Below are positions 29,246-38,805 of a stretch of DNA of 64,000 nt, piece by piece (the first letter of the stretch is position 1; each line of letters starts with the position of its first letter). Both the position numbers and the translations under genes were made by a program. Source of the stretch: an uncultured virus (IMG/VR IMGVR_UViG_3300042564_007246) (Duplodnaviria > Heunggongvirae > Uroviricota > Caudoviricetes); the IMG/VR virus record IMGVR_UViG_3300042564_007246; one strand, 5' to 3'. Under the pieces are notes generated by a model. It had not been told where the DNA came from, did no database searches, and saw only the letters and a list, made by a program, of their open reading frames with translations.

Positions 29246-29683
29246 TTCTTCTTTATATTTTGAAACATAATCAGAACATATAGCATAGCATTTGGATAAA
29301 TCTCCCAAATATTTAACTTCTGGCATAACTGCTATAGACCCAGGTATAAGTTGTTTCCCAGGAAATACCCATATATTTAATCTTGAAGTCAATGTGCAAT
29401 AATCAGTTTCATGCCAAAAATATTCAGAAGATAAATTTGATTTTGACATAAATTCCAAAGCCTCAATGTTTTTACAATGAACAAAAAATTTATCATTGTC
29501 TAGAAATGATTTACCTATCTTGTAATCAGGTTTATCATGACCTAAATATAATCCATCAATAGTTTTCCACAAATCAATTTCAGCATGAAATCCTAAATCT
29601 AGAGCACTTTTGATATATTCAGGGTGATTTTCCTTAGACAGGTTTATTCCTTCAGTATTTCCTCTATGCGCGATAAATATCAT
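29231..29683 (-). CDS. Small GDPD/PLC-like phosphodiesterase
   Basis: IAHRGN...EN...AEIDLW...LGHD...HCKN...ICSD motifs. Confidence 0.8.
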   Translation of the reverse strand: MIFIAHRGNTEGINLSKENHPEYIKSALDLGFHAEIDLWKTIDGLYLGHDKPDYKIGKSFLDNDKFFVHCKNIEALEFMSKSNLSSEYFWHETDYCTLTSRLNIWVFPGKQLIPGSIAVMPEVKYLGDLSKCYAICSDYVSKYKEELKLF

Positions 29684-31038
29684 ACATTTTTTTCTAAGAA
29701 ATAATTTAGATCTTCAGGAGTACCAAGTCCCCACATTTTCGGTATATCAAATGTTTTAATTTTCAAACCAGCTTTTATTGCTTCATTGAAAACTGGACAA
29801 ACATAGAATTCTTTATTAACTCTGATATTATTTTCAATCATTTGTTCTGCAAAACGGACATAATCAGAACCATGTTTCCAGTAATATATACCTACAGTTG
29901 CAATATTTGAAATCGGGTTCTTTTCTGCAACTTCTGTTACAAATCCATTTTCGTCTGTTTTAGCATATGACCACTTTGGGTGAGTAGAATGAAAAGAAAC
30001 AATACCAGCATCTAAATTTTGCTCATTCATTTTGTAAAAGAAATCTAAACTATTCCATTCAACAAATTGATCTGAATTAGCTATGACTAATGGTTCATTA
30101 TTATTAATAAATTCTTTAGCTAGTAAAGTAGTACATGCTGCTCCTTCAGTAACACCTTCAACTTCAACAATTTTGCATCCTGGAGTAATAAGATTTAACA
30201 TTGAATCAAGATTGTATTTTTCTCTATGTTCTTTTTGAACAACAAAAATGAAGTTTGCTTCTACAGCCAAATTATCTACAACTACTTGTATCATTGGCTT
30301 ACCATGAACTTCTATTAAAGGTTTAGGAAAAGAATATCCAGCCTGAGAAAATCTACTCCCATGACCTGCCATAGGTATTAATACATTCATTTTTTTGTCT
30401 ACCCATTTTTCTATAGTTTGTTTTTTATGATTGAAAGCTTCTATAATTTTATCAAAATCAAAATCTTTAGGATTTTTTACTCTAAGAACATTAGCTCCTG
30501 ATTTGTACGCTGCTTTAAGCCCAGTAGGTGAATCTTCAATAATCAATGTATTTTCTGGTAGTGCACCAAAATATGACATTGCATTCCAATAAATTTCAGG
30601 ATGCGGTTTTGCAAATTTTACATCATCATTAGATAGTTTCATATCAAAATACTCTGATATACCTAGCTTTTCTAAAACTAAATCTACTGTATTTTTAATA
30701 GAGTTTGAACAACATGCAATTTTGAAATCGTTATTTTTAAGATTATTGAAAATTTCAATAAGTTTTTTGTTAGGTTTTAGGTTTGACAAAGATTCTATTG
30801 TGAAAAATTGTTTATCTTTGAATATTTGTGCTTGAATATCATTGTCAAATGGCATGCCTCTAAGATAAAGTAATTTCAACTTATCATAGGTTTTCATTCC
30901 ATCAAAAGTTCTTAGATGGTCTTCCCAAGAAATGACATATTTAGGATTTATTTTTTTTAATGCTTCATTTAGAGCATTGTAATGAATTTCTTTAGCTTCT
31001 ACAAGAACTCCATCCAAATCAAAAATAACTAATTTCAT
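29680..31038 (-). CDS. HAD-family phosphatase fused to a sugar nucleotidyltransferase
   Basis: FDLDGVL, KPHPE and IEDS (HAD), followed by IPMAGHGSRF...PKPLI, EKNP and GLGTPEDL (NTP transferase). Confidence 0.9.
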   Translation of the reverse strand: MKLVIFDLDGVLVEAKEIHYNALNEALKKINPKYVISWEDHLRTFDGMKTYDKLKLLYLRGMPFDNDIQAQIFKDKQFFTIESLSNLKPNKKLIEIFNNLKNNDFKIACCSNSIKNTVDLVLEKLGISEYFDMKLSNDDVKFAKPHPEIYWNAMSYFGALPENTLIIEDSPTGLKAAYKSGANVLRVKNPKDFDFDKIIEAFNHKKQTIEKWVDKKMNVLIPMAGHGSRFSQAGYSFPKPLIEVHGKPMIQVVVDNLAVEANFIFVVQKEHREKYNLDSMLNLITPGCKIVEVEGVTEGAACTTLLAKEFINNNEPLVIANSDQFVEWNSLDFFYKMNEQNLDAGIVSFHSTHPKWSYAKTDENGFVTEVAEKNPISNIATVGIYYWKHGSDYVRFAEQMIENNIRVNKEFYVCPVFNEAIKAGLKIKTFDIPKMWGLGTPEDLNYFLEKNV

Positions 31039-31054
31039 ATTTATCTCTTATAAA

Positions 31055-31870
31055 TTATACAATCATATTGTCATATACTTTTTGTATTGAATCATGAAGA
31101 TTAGAAACCTTTATGTTTAAACTTTTTATAGTTCTAAAACTACCACAGTAACTTAAGCCCATATTTTTATCATAAAGTAAAATTTTGGATTTTTTATCAG
31201 ATAAATTATTGATAAAATTTGCTACATCAGTTAACGTATGTTTTTTTTCATAACAACAGTCTATAACTTTAGGCAAATTTGATTTAGATAAATAAAATTC
31301 AATAACTTTAGCAAGATCATCAATATGAAAAAAATCCATGTATTTATTTTGATGTATCTCTATATCGTCGCCAGACAAGTATTTAAGAATATTTCCACGA
31401 ATCATTCTGGTGGTTAACTCATTTTCATTGAAAACATTATAAATTCTCAAGTTGTAAAATTTACTATGATAGAAGAAAGATTTCGCAATCATACTTTTAC
31501 TTAATCCATAAGGATCAGTGGGAAATCTTTGAAATAAATCATCACCATTTATATTTTGTGTTCTATCAAGTTCAGCTCCTGAACCAAAATGAATAATCTT
31601 TTTAAATTTATTTTCATTTTTAAGGAGATTATTTACCATTAAACAATTTTCATATACCCAGTTGCTATCATCTTGTTGTAATCTATTACCGCCTGAAGTT
31701 GCACAGTTGATAACTAAATCAAAATTTTTGTCATTGAAGAAATTTTCTAAATTTGCTAAATTCATAAGGTCCAAATTATCTCTTGTACCCAAAAATAAAT
31801 TGTAGTCACCTAGACATTTTGCTAAATTTCTGCCAACAAAACCATTACTTCCAGTTATCAATATATTCAT
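31055..31870 (-). CDS. NAD-dependent epimerase/dehydratase/reductase (extended SDR)
   Basis: ITGSNGFVG Rossmann motif and YGLSK catalytic motif. Confidence 0.9.
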   Translation of the reverse strand: MNILITGSNGFVGRNLAKCLGDYNLFLGTRDNLDLMNLANLENFFNDKNFDLVINCATSGGNRLQQDDSNWVYENCLMVNNLLKNENKFKKIIHFGSGAELDRTQNINGDDLFQRFPTDPYGLSKSMIAKSFFYHSKFYNLRIYNVFNENELTTRMIRGNILKYLSGDDIEIHQNKYMDFFHIDDLAKVIEFYLSKSNLPKVIDCCYEKKHTLTDVANFINNLSDKKSKILLYDKNMGLSYCGSFRTIKSLNIKVSNLHDSIQKVYDNMIV

Positions 31871-31875
31871 TTTAA

Positions 31876-32700
31876 TTAGTTAAGCTTTTCTTTCCAAAAA
31901 CTTACAAAATCATGCACTGTTTTCAAAGAATCATTTTGAATTGACTCCAAGTGCGGTTTGACCAAAGGCAATGTTTCTATAGCTCTTTCTGTGTCTTCAC
32001 CACCATATGAAACACCATATTTGTTGATAGAGTATGCATTTAGCCAGTCTTCTTTTGACAAATTGTAATCTGGTACTACAATAGAAAAACATCCACATAA
32101 TGCTGCTCTTACTGAACAAAAACTAGATGCATCATAACTTAAAAATATATTTGATTGATTCATTGCCCATTTAAGAATATTTTCATCATTGTATTCTTTT
32201 TCAATATCATCGTAAACAAAAATATTTTTTAATTTAGAATGCCAATTTGATGAAACTTTATGAGCACCTTTTCTAACCAAAACTGTATTGTAATTTCTAA
32301 TGTCTTTATTTTCATTAGTCCAGAAATCTAATGCAAAATCATTAATCCTCAATATTCCATCGCATTTATTGAACTCTGAGCCATAGTATGGATAATATTT
32401 GAAGATATAATCATTCTTATTGGGATAAGAAATTGTTTGATGAAAAAGCAACCATCTAACTACATGTTTAGCATTCAAAGGATTATCAGTGATACATTCT
32501 GGATATATTACAACAGTATTTTCAGAATCGAAACCTTCTTCTTCATTGTAATGCGGAGTGATATAGTTGGGGTTTGTTTTATTTTCAGATACAATGCAGG
32601 CATCTTCCCCTATACGATTTAAGTAGTCACAGAGCTTATGCATAACACGTACTCCGCCCACATGTTTTTGCCATTTCCATGTCCAAATAATAAATTTCAT
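31876..32700 (-). CDS. GT-B-like (WavQ-like) putative glycosyltransferase, paralog B
   Basis: GGVRVMHKLCDYL..IG, VVIYPE, VVRWLL, FLSYD..S...AALCGC. Clear paralog of 33804..34622. Confidence 0.6.
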   Translation of the reverse strand: MKFIIWTWKWQKHVGGVRVMHKLCDYLNRIGEDACIVSENKTNPNYITPHYNEEEGFDSENTVVIYPECITDNPLNAKHVVRWLLFHQTISYPNKNDYIFKYYPYYGSEFNKCDGILRINDFALDFWTNENKDIRNYNTVLVRKGAHKVSSNWHSKLKNIFVYDDIEKEYNDENILKWAMNQSNIFLSYDASSFCSVRAALCGCFSIVVPDYNLSKEDWLNAYSINKYGVSYGGEDTERAIETLPLVKPHLESIQNDSLKTVHDFVSFWKEKLN

Positions 32701-32707
32701 TTTATTC

Positions 32708-33184
32708 CTACTTTTTTAAGTTTATATACGCTGGAACATTTCTGTCTAAAATGTTTTCTATAGCAATTTCAAGATGCTTGTTGTCAGATGGCTTAAAGCA
32801 TTTAATGTTTTTAAAATTTTCCATAAATAAAAAATCATCATTTGCCCAATGAGAAAATCCTAAATATCCATAATCTTGATCTCTTCCGCCACCAATTATG
32901 ACTACAGGAGTTTTTTCATGATCTATGTAATTTCTTATTACTTCAAAAGGTCTAAAAATAGCAAAAGGTGTTATAGAATAGACAAATGGTTTTTTATTTT
33001 CAAGAGCCATACCACATGCAGCTCCCATCATCAATATTTCTGATGATCCAAAATTATAAAATTGATCTGGGAAGTGTAGTCTTATATCGTCAAAAATTCC
33101 ATAACCAAGATCTCCAGTGCAAAGAACTATATTTGGATCTTCTTTCATTTTATTAAATAATAAATTCGCAAAATATTTTCTCAT
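32708..33184 (-). CDS. Transketolase-like pyrimidine-binding subunit
   Basis: TGDLGYG, FYNFGSSE...GAACGMAL, RPFEVIR, GFSHW. Confidence 0.9.
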   Translation of the reverse strand: MRKYFANLLFNKMKEDPNIVLCTGDLGYGIFDDIRLHFPDQFYNFGSSEILMMGAACGMALENKKPFVYSITPFAIFRPFEVIRNYIDHEKTPVVIIGGGRDQDYGYLGFSHWANDDFLFMENFKNIKCFKPSDNKHLEIAIENILDRNVPAYINLKK

Positions 33185-33825
33185 TTTTCTACACTATTGT
33201 AATCTTTTTCTGTCATTATATGATAATGAGCATTCAATCCCTTTAGAAATGGGTATTGTTCTACAGATGTATATTCAATGTTTATATTTGGCAAGAAACA
33301 CTTCAATCTGCTAACTAAATAATCTACATCTACTTCATCATATGCAGCATAACCATTAACATTTACGTACACATGAATATTAGAAATTTTTAATTCATAA
33401 ATTGTTTTAAGTGATTCCCAAATACTACCTTCTGCACATTCTCCATCGCTAATTAGAACATATACATCTCTATTTTTATTAGCTAATGCTCTACCAACTG
33501 CAACTGTTATACCAAGCCCAAGACTACCAGTAGAACAATAAATTTCATTTTGTTCATCTAGATGTGGATGCCCACCATTTTCTTCAAACAAAAATTCAGC
33601 ATCAATATTTTTGTATTTTTCTATACAGACATAAAGTGCCAAAGAAGCATGTCCTGATGAAAGAATAAAAATATCATCAGGTTTCATAATAGAATAAATT
33701 TTGTCAATGATTTCTAAACTTGAAAGATAACTTCCAAGATGACTCAATCTATTCTTGTATGCTATTTCTAAAATTCTAAGTTTTAACTTTTCTGAATCTT
33801 GAATCAAATTATTTTTTCTTCCCAA
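33181..33825 (-). CDS. Transketolase-like N-terminal ThDP-binding subunit
   Basis: SHLGSYLS, FILSSGHA, GHP, STGSLGLG, SDGECAEGSIWE...N. The start may be TTG 33807 (TTGA overlap). Confidence 0.9.
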   Translation of the reverse strand: MGRKNNLIQDSEKLKLRILEIAYKNRLSHLGSYLSSLEIIDKIYSIMKPDDIFILSSGHASLALYVCIEKYKNIDAEFLFEENGGHPHLDEQNEIYCSTGSLGLGITVAVGRALANKNRDVYVLISDGECAEGSIWESLKTIYELKISNIHVYVNVNGYAAYDEVDVDYLVSRLKCFLPNINIEYTSVEQYPFLKGLNAHYHIMTEKDYNSVEK

Positions 33826-34622
33826 AATTTAACAAATTTATGCACTGTATCTAAAGCATTTTCTTCTAATTGTTTCAAATGTGGTTTGACCAAATGTCGT
33901 GTATCAATTGCATGTTGAATATCTTCATACCCATACGCCACACCGTACTTGAGAAATTTACGATCATTTATCCATTTTTCTTTAGAAACACCCCCGTCTG
34001 GAATAACTACAGATACACATCCACATAATGCAGCTTGAGCTGCTATAAAAGAACATGAATCAAAACAAATAAAATTTTCAGATTTATTCATCAAATTTTT
34101 AATTATTGTTTCATTTTGCTCTTCTTCTATCTCATCATATACTAATATATTTCTTAATCCATCATGATATGAAGGGTGATATTTTCTGTGTCCTTTTCTC
34201 ACCGCTACCATATTATAAGATCTATCTTGATTTTCATTTGTCCAAAAGTCAAGATTAAAATCATGAATTGTCAAAATACCATCACATTTATCGCCTTTTG
34301 TTAAATAAGATTCAAAATATTTAAATATGTAATCATCTTCGCCATAATTTGCAGTGATGTCTTGATTAAAAAGAATCCATCTAACTACATGTTTAGCATC
34401 CAATAGATTTTTATCTATACATTCAGGATATATTACTACAGTGTTGTCCTTATCAAAACTTAATTCCGGGTCATGATACGGAGTATTTAAATTTGGATTT
34501 GTTTTCTTCGTTGTAATATAAGCTTCTTGACCAATTTCATTTAAGTAATGACAAAGATTATGCAAAACTCTTACACCACCAACATGCTTACTCCAACCCC
34601 ATGTCCAAATAATAAATTTCAT
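33804..34622 (-). CDS. GT-B-like (WavQ-like) putative glycosyltransferase, paralog A
   Basis: MKFIIWTW...HVGGVRV...VVIYPE...AALCGC; paralog of 31876..32700. Confidence 0.6.
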   Translation of the reverse strand: MKFIIWTWGWSKHVGGVRVLHNLCHYLNEIGQEAYITTKKTNPNLNTPYHDPELSFDKDNTVVIYPECIDKNLLDAKHVVRWILFNQDITANYGEDDYIFKYFESYLTKGDKCDGILTIHDFNLDFWTNENQDRSYNMVAVRKGHRKYHPSYHDGLRNILVYDEIEEEQNETIIKNLMNKSENFICFDSCSFIAAQAALCGCVSVVIPDGGVSKEKWINDRKFLKYGVAYGYEDIQHAIDTRHLVKPHLKQLEENALDTVHKFVKFWEEKII

Positions 34623-35159
34623 TTATTTTTCCTTAGCAAAGTCTGCAAATTCAACCAGAATAGTATTTACACCATCTTCTCTTAATAAAGCTTTTTCGTA
34701 TGCTGGTAAAATTTGCTCAGGCTTATATAACTCAATAACTTCAATATTTTTAGTCATTGATCTGAATGCATCAGAAAAATTACCTTTGTGTTGAGATTGT
34801 GGATCAACAGGTCTTTCACTTCCCACAGCAACTCTTATTATGACTTTTGGAGATAATTTTCCATCTGACATTTCAATAAATTTATCCAAATGATTTACTA
34901 TTTGATCTACTCCCATTAGAAGAAAATTCCATCTTGGAAAAATAGAAACTGGTATCATTCCAGCTATAGCCATTCCATTAGCTAAACCAGATTGGAAATA
35001 TTCAGCAACAGGCAACTCTATTCTTTTTTCTTCAGGAATGTGCTTTAAGGAATCATACAACCCTGTTCCTTCATACAATACTGCTTGCCCTAAAAAAACA
35101 GTTTTTGGATTGTCTGATAATAAGCTCATTGCTTTCTGCAATTCTTCAAAATATGACAT
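34623..35159 (-). CDS. 2-oxoacid dehydrogenase E1 beta-like (PYR domain) subunit
   Basis: VFLGQAV, ELPVAE...GLANGMA, DQIVNHL, PQSQH. Confidence 0.85.
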   Translation of the reverse strand: MSYFEELQKAMSLLSDNPKTVFLGQAVLYEGTGLYDSLKHIPEEKRIELPVAEYFQSGLANGMAIAGMIPVSIFPRWNFLLMGVDQIVNHLDKFIEMSDGKLSPKVIIRVAVGSERPVDPQSQHKGNFSDAFRSMTKNIEVIELYKPEQILPAYEKALLREDGVNTILVEFADFAKEK

Positions 35160-35785
35160 TAAAATTGCACTCTCATACCTGCTCCAGCATGTGGGTATTT
35201 TGTATTATTGTATTGATAATAAATAAGATTTTTTTGTCTTAAAATTCCACCATTGTATTCACTTTGAAGATAATAGGGAGTTGATCTTCCCCAAATCTTA
35301 TCAGTTGGAGAACAGACTGATTTTTTGTTATCTTCTACTATAAAAGTTATTGGTAAGTTATGATTCAAACTGTATTTGTATGCTTCGTGAAAAGCTCCAG
35401 TTTCTGCTGTCATATCTCCCACCCAACACCAGACATGTTGTGCATTTCCAAGAAGTTTGTTTGCAAATGCTATTCCTGTTGCAATTGAAGGTATACCACC
35501 TACTATTGAACTGCAAATAAATTTATATTCTGGAAGAGTCAAAACCATAGATTTACCATTAATAATATTATCTTTTAAAATATCTGATGGTATACCCTTA
35601 AGTAATGCTTGATAATGATTTCTCCAAGTGCAACATACCCAATCATTTTCTTTATCTATTTTTTTAAATATTTCAATCATTAAATCTTCATTTCCGTAAT
35701 ACAAATGAATTGGTGACTTAATTTTTTTATTATTAAAAAGATCAGCTATTTCAGACTCAAATTCAATTAATTCGTCTTTTACCAT
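35159..35785 (-). CDS. 2-oxoacid dehydrogenase E1 alpha-like ThDP-binding subunit (short)
   Basis: PIHLYYGNE, TWRNHY, SIVGG, GDMTAETG...VEDN ThDP motif. Confidence 0.85.
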   Translation of the reverse strand: MVKDELIEFESEIADLFNNKKIKSPIHLYYGNEDLMIEIFKKIDKENDWVCCTWRNHYQALLKGIPSDILKDNIINGKSMVLTLPEYKFICSSIVGGIPSIATGIAFANKLLGNAQHVWCWVGDMTAETGAFHEAYKYSLNHNLPITFIVEDNKKSVCSPTDKIWGRSTPYYLQSEYNGGILRQKNLIYYQYNNTKYPHAGAGMRVQF

Positions 35786-36735
35786 ATAAATTTACCTTTG
35801 TAATATTTAGCTATTTCTGCTATTTCATTTTCAAAAATAGCTTCTTCTTTCCAACCTAAAGACCTCAATTTCGAATCGTCTAATGAATATCTAAAATCTT
35901 GACCTGGTCTTTGGTAACTAAAGTCATAAAAATGATCTTTGTTTTGTGTATTGGGAAAATAAATATCTACAATTTTGTTACACACTTCAATATTTGTAAG
36001 CTCAAATTGACTTGAGACATTGAATATTTCATTTTTTGAGTCTGATTTAATAATTTTAATTACAGCATTCGCTGTGTCTTTTGCATGTAACCATGTTCTA
36101 TGAGATAATCCCTTATTGTGCAAAGGCAATTTTTTTCCAAGCTGTAAAAATTTACAACATTTTGGAATTAGTTTCTCAACATATTGACCCAAACCATAGT
36201 TGTTTGTTGGTCTAAGAATGACATAAGGAATATTGTATGTTCTAGCCCATGCAAGAATTAACATATCAGCACTAGCTTTTGTAGCTGAATATGGATTAGA
36301 AGGCATTAATAAATGATCTTCTGAATGTGATCCACTTTCAATATCACCATAAACTTCATCTGTGCTGAAATGAAAGAATGTAGGTAGTTTATTAGTATCA
36401 ATATTTGATCTTCTGATTAGATTTAAGATATTAGATACTCCTAGAATGTTTGTTGATAAAAACTCATCATTTCTTGCAATTGAATTTCCAACATGTGTTT
36501 CAGCAGCAGTGTTAATAAAATAATCACAATCAAACATCCTATCAAGATCACAAATATCTGTTTTTTCAAATCTAAAATTTTCATATAAATTGAATTTTTC
36601 TAAATTTGAAATATTTGCTGCATATGTGCATTTATCTAATCCAAATACATACCATCCATTGTCTAAACAGGCTTGAGTTACATATGCACCAATAAAACCT
36701 AAACATCCTGTGACATAAACAACTTTTTTACTCAT
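35779..36735 (-). CDS. rmlB: NDP-glucose 4,6-dehydratase (RmlB/RfbB-like)
   Basis: TGCLGFIG, DKCTYA, AAETHV, STDEVYG, YSATK, NNYG...EKLIP, RPGQDFRY. Confidence 0.85.
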   Translation of the reverse strand: MSKKVVYVTGCLGFIGAYVTQACLDNGWYVFGLDKCTYAANISNLEKFNLYENFRFEKTDICDLDRMFDCDYFINTAAETHVGNSIARNDEFLSTNILGVSNILNLIRRSNIDTNKLPTFFHFSTDEVYGDIESGSHSEDHLLMPSNPYSATKASADMLILAWARTYNIPYVILRPTNNYGLGQYVEKLIPKCCKFLQLGKKLPLHNKGLSHRTWLHAKDTANAVIKIIKSDSKNEIFNVSSQFELTNIEVCNKIVDIYFPNTQNKDHFYDFSYQRPGQDFRYSLDDSKLRSLGWKEEAIFENEIAEIAKYYKGKFIW

Positions 36736-38047
36736 GGTAATTCCTCATAAAACTATCAACCATTTCTTTGATATAAGATATCTGTTCTTCAGTAATTACT
36801 GGAGAAGTACCTAAAAAGAATGTGTTGGTGGTAATAAAATTAGCCATTGGGAAATCTTTTAATTGAAGATCCCCAATTAAATGAGAATACGCAGGCTGCA
36901 CCAAGATATTCCCAGCAAAATATGGTCTTGTTTGTATTTTTTTTGACTCTAAGTATTGACACATATCACTTCGCTTAAATGGAGAGTTTTCTCTAATAGT
37001 CAATGGAAATGCAAACCAATTTACATCTGCTTTTAATTGTGGTCTAGGTAAATGAAAATATTCTTCGTATGGACTAAATATATCAAATAAAAGTTGATAG
37101 TTTCTTTTTCGTAATCTTGAAATTTCATCAAATTTATCAAGTTGAGCCAAGAGCATAGATGCCTGTACTTCAATAGGCTTAAGATTATAGCCTACTTCTT
37201 CATATACATATTTGTGGTCAAAAACTTCACCAGGTATACTCGGTAGCCATTCTGAAAATCTAGTACCACATGCTCCGCATTCAGTAATGTTTTGTTTACC
37301 AATACAAAAACATCCTCGACCCCAATCTCTAATTGAACGAATCACTTTTTCCACTTGCTCGTTGTTACAAGTTATTAATCCGCCTTCTCCACAAGTAATA
37401 TGATGAGCAGGATAAAAAGAGCAAGAAGACATAAGACCGAAACTACCCAAAGGGTTACCGTCGAATGTGGACCCCAATGCATCACAGCAATCCTCTAATA
37501 AAATTAAATCATGTTCTCTGACTAGACTCATCAATTTATCTATGTCTGGCGGATTACCAAGCACATGTGCAAAAGTGATTATTTGTATGTCAGGATCTTT
37601 TTCTAAAGCTTCTTGCACAGATTTTAAATCTAAATTTAGACCGTCAATCTCGATGTCAACAAAAACAGGAGTAAATCCACATTGAAAAATTGGATTTATA
37701 GTGGTTGGAAATCCAGCAATTGGAGTTAATACTTTTGTACCAGCTGGAAAATTTGTAAGTCTTTTTGACTTGAGTGCAGACATCATAAGAAGATTGCTGC
37801 TACTACCAGAATTAGTTAAGAGAGCATATTTTTTTTGAAACATGCTGGCTAGTTTTTTCTCAGCTTTGTGTGCTTCTGCTCCTAAAACTAGCCAGCCATC
37901 AAGCAAAGTAGATATAGATCTTAAAATTTCATCTTGATTGAAAAAAGGACCAGCATAATGGACATGATCCTTACCTGGTCGCCATTTTTTAGCTGGCTCT
38001 GAAATTATATAATCTTCTATTACTTTTAATAAATCTTGCTTTTCCAT
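36728..38047 (-). CDS. rfbH: NDP-4-keto-6-deoxyhexose 3-dehydrase (RfbH/AscC E1 type, DegT family)
   Basis: NSGSSSNL, GFPTT, EDCCDALG. SFYPAHHIT has His in place of the Schiff-base Lys. DWGRGCFC...C..C cluster, DHKYVY..GYNLK. Start set at ATG 38047. Confidence 0.85.
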   Translation of the reverse strand: MEKQDLLKVIEDYIISEPAKKWRPGKDHVHYAGPFFNQDEILRSISTLLDGWLVLGAEAHKAEKKLASMFQKKYALLTNSGSSSNLLMMSALKSKRLTNFPAGTKVLTPIAGFPTTINPIFQCGFTPVFVDIEIDGLNLDLKSVQEALEKDPDIQIITFAHVLGNPPDIDKLMSLVREHDLILLEDCCDALGSTFDGNPLGSFGLMSSCSFYPAHHITCGEGGLITCNNEQVEKVIRSIRDWGRGCFCIGKQNITECGACGTRFSEWLPSIPGEVFDHKYVYEEVGYNLKPIEVQASMLLAQLDKFDEISRLRKRNYQLLFDIFSPYEEYFHLPRPQLKADVNWFAFPLTIRENSPFKRSDMCQYLESKKIQTRPYFAGNILVQPAYSHLIGDLQLKDFPMANFITTNTFFLGTSPVITEEQISYIKEMVDSFMRNYHE

Positions 38048-38073
38048 TAAATGCATTATACATTCAATGCATT

Positions 38074-38805
38074 TTATCTGTCAATAAGATCAGAAAGATC
38101 CTCAGACAATAATAGATTTTTCTTATAAATTTCCATCTGTTCATCATATTTGATGAAGTGCTGTTTTCCAAAACCATGAGCAATATCTGATCTAGAAACT
38201 TTTGAGGCTATTTGTAGCTTGCGCTTAATTAGTTCATGTGTCATTGGGGAAAATCCATACCATAAGATATCAAATTCTTCATTATCGTGATTATGAAGAT
38301 GCCTTCCTTGAGCAAAAGGTGCAAAATAATTACTAAATCCTCTACACCATCGATAACATTTATCCCAAACACCTTCCTCATATCTAATTCCAAATCGTTT
38401 AATGTCAGTAAGTTGATCATCGTGCGAAAGTTTTTGGTCTAAATCTTGAACATCATCTACCATAATATTGGATCTCAAACTTAACATAGTTTTTGGACCA
38501 TAGTTGTCAAGTTTGGTAAAATCACCAACTATAAACTCTGTTGTGTTTAAAGTTATGCGCCAACCTTCTTCAATCAACATGTATGAAATTTTATTATTCT
38601 CTTGTTCCAGCATTATAGAATCAAATTCTCTTAATCCAGTTTTGACAATTGTCCAATTTGGAGCATAATGTCTAATTATATCTATAGAATTGTCTGTTGA
38701 ATTATGATCTATTAAAATTCCATGATCAAAATATTTTTGATGATGCTTAATCCACCAAGGCAATAAATATTCTTCATTGTAAAAATGGGTCATTACTGTT
38801 TTCAT
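38074..38805 (-). CDS. Glycosyltransferase family 2-like protein
   Basis: FYNEEYLLPWWIKHH...FDHGILIDHNSTDNS...LNTTEF. Confidence 0.8.
   Translation of the reverse strand: MKTVMTHFYNEEYLLPWWIKHHQKYFDHGILIDHNSTDNSIDIIRHYAPNWTIVKTGLREFDSIMLEQENNKISYMLIEEGWRITLNTTEFIVGDFTKLDNYGPKTMLSLRSNIMVDDVQDLDQKLSHDDQLTDIKRFGIRYEEGVWDKCYRWCRGFSNYFAPFAQGRHLHNHDNEEFDILWYGFSPMTHELIKRKLQIASKVSRSDIAHGFGKQHFIKYDEQMEIYKKNLLLSEDLSDLIDR

Noticed and set aside
32708..35785. Reading the ThDP genes as central-metabolism AMGs (transketolase/pyruvate dehydrogenase)
   Set aside because: The subunits are truncated, no E2/E3 genes are present, and the context is entirely NDP-sugar biosynthesis.
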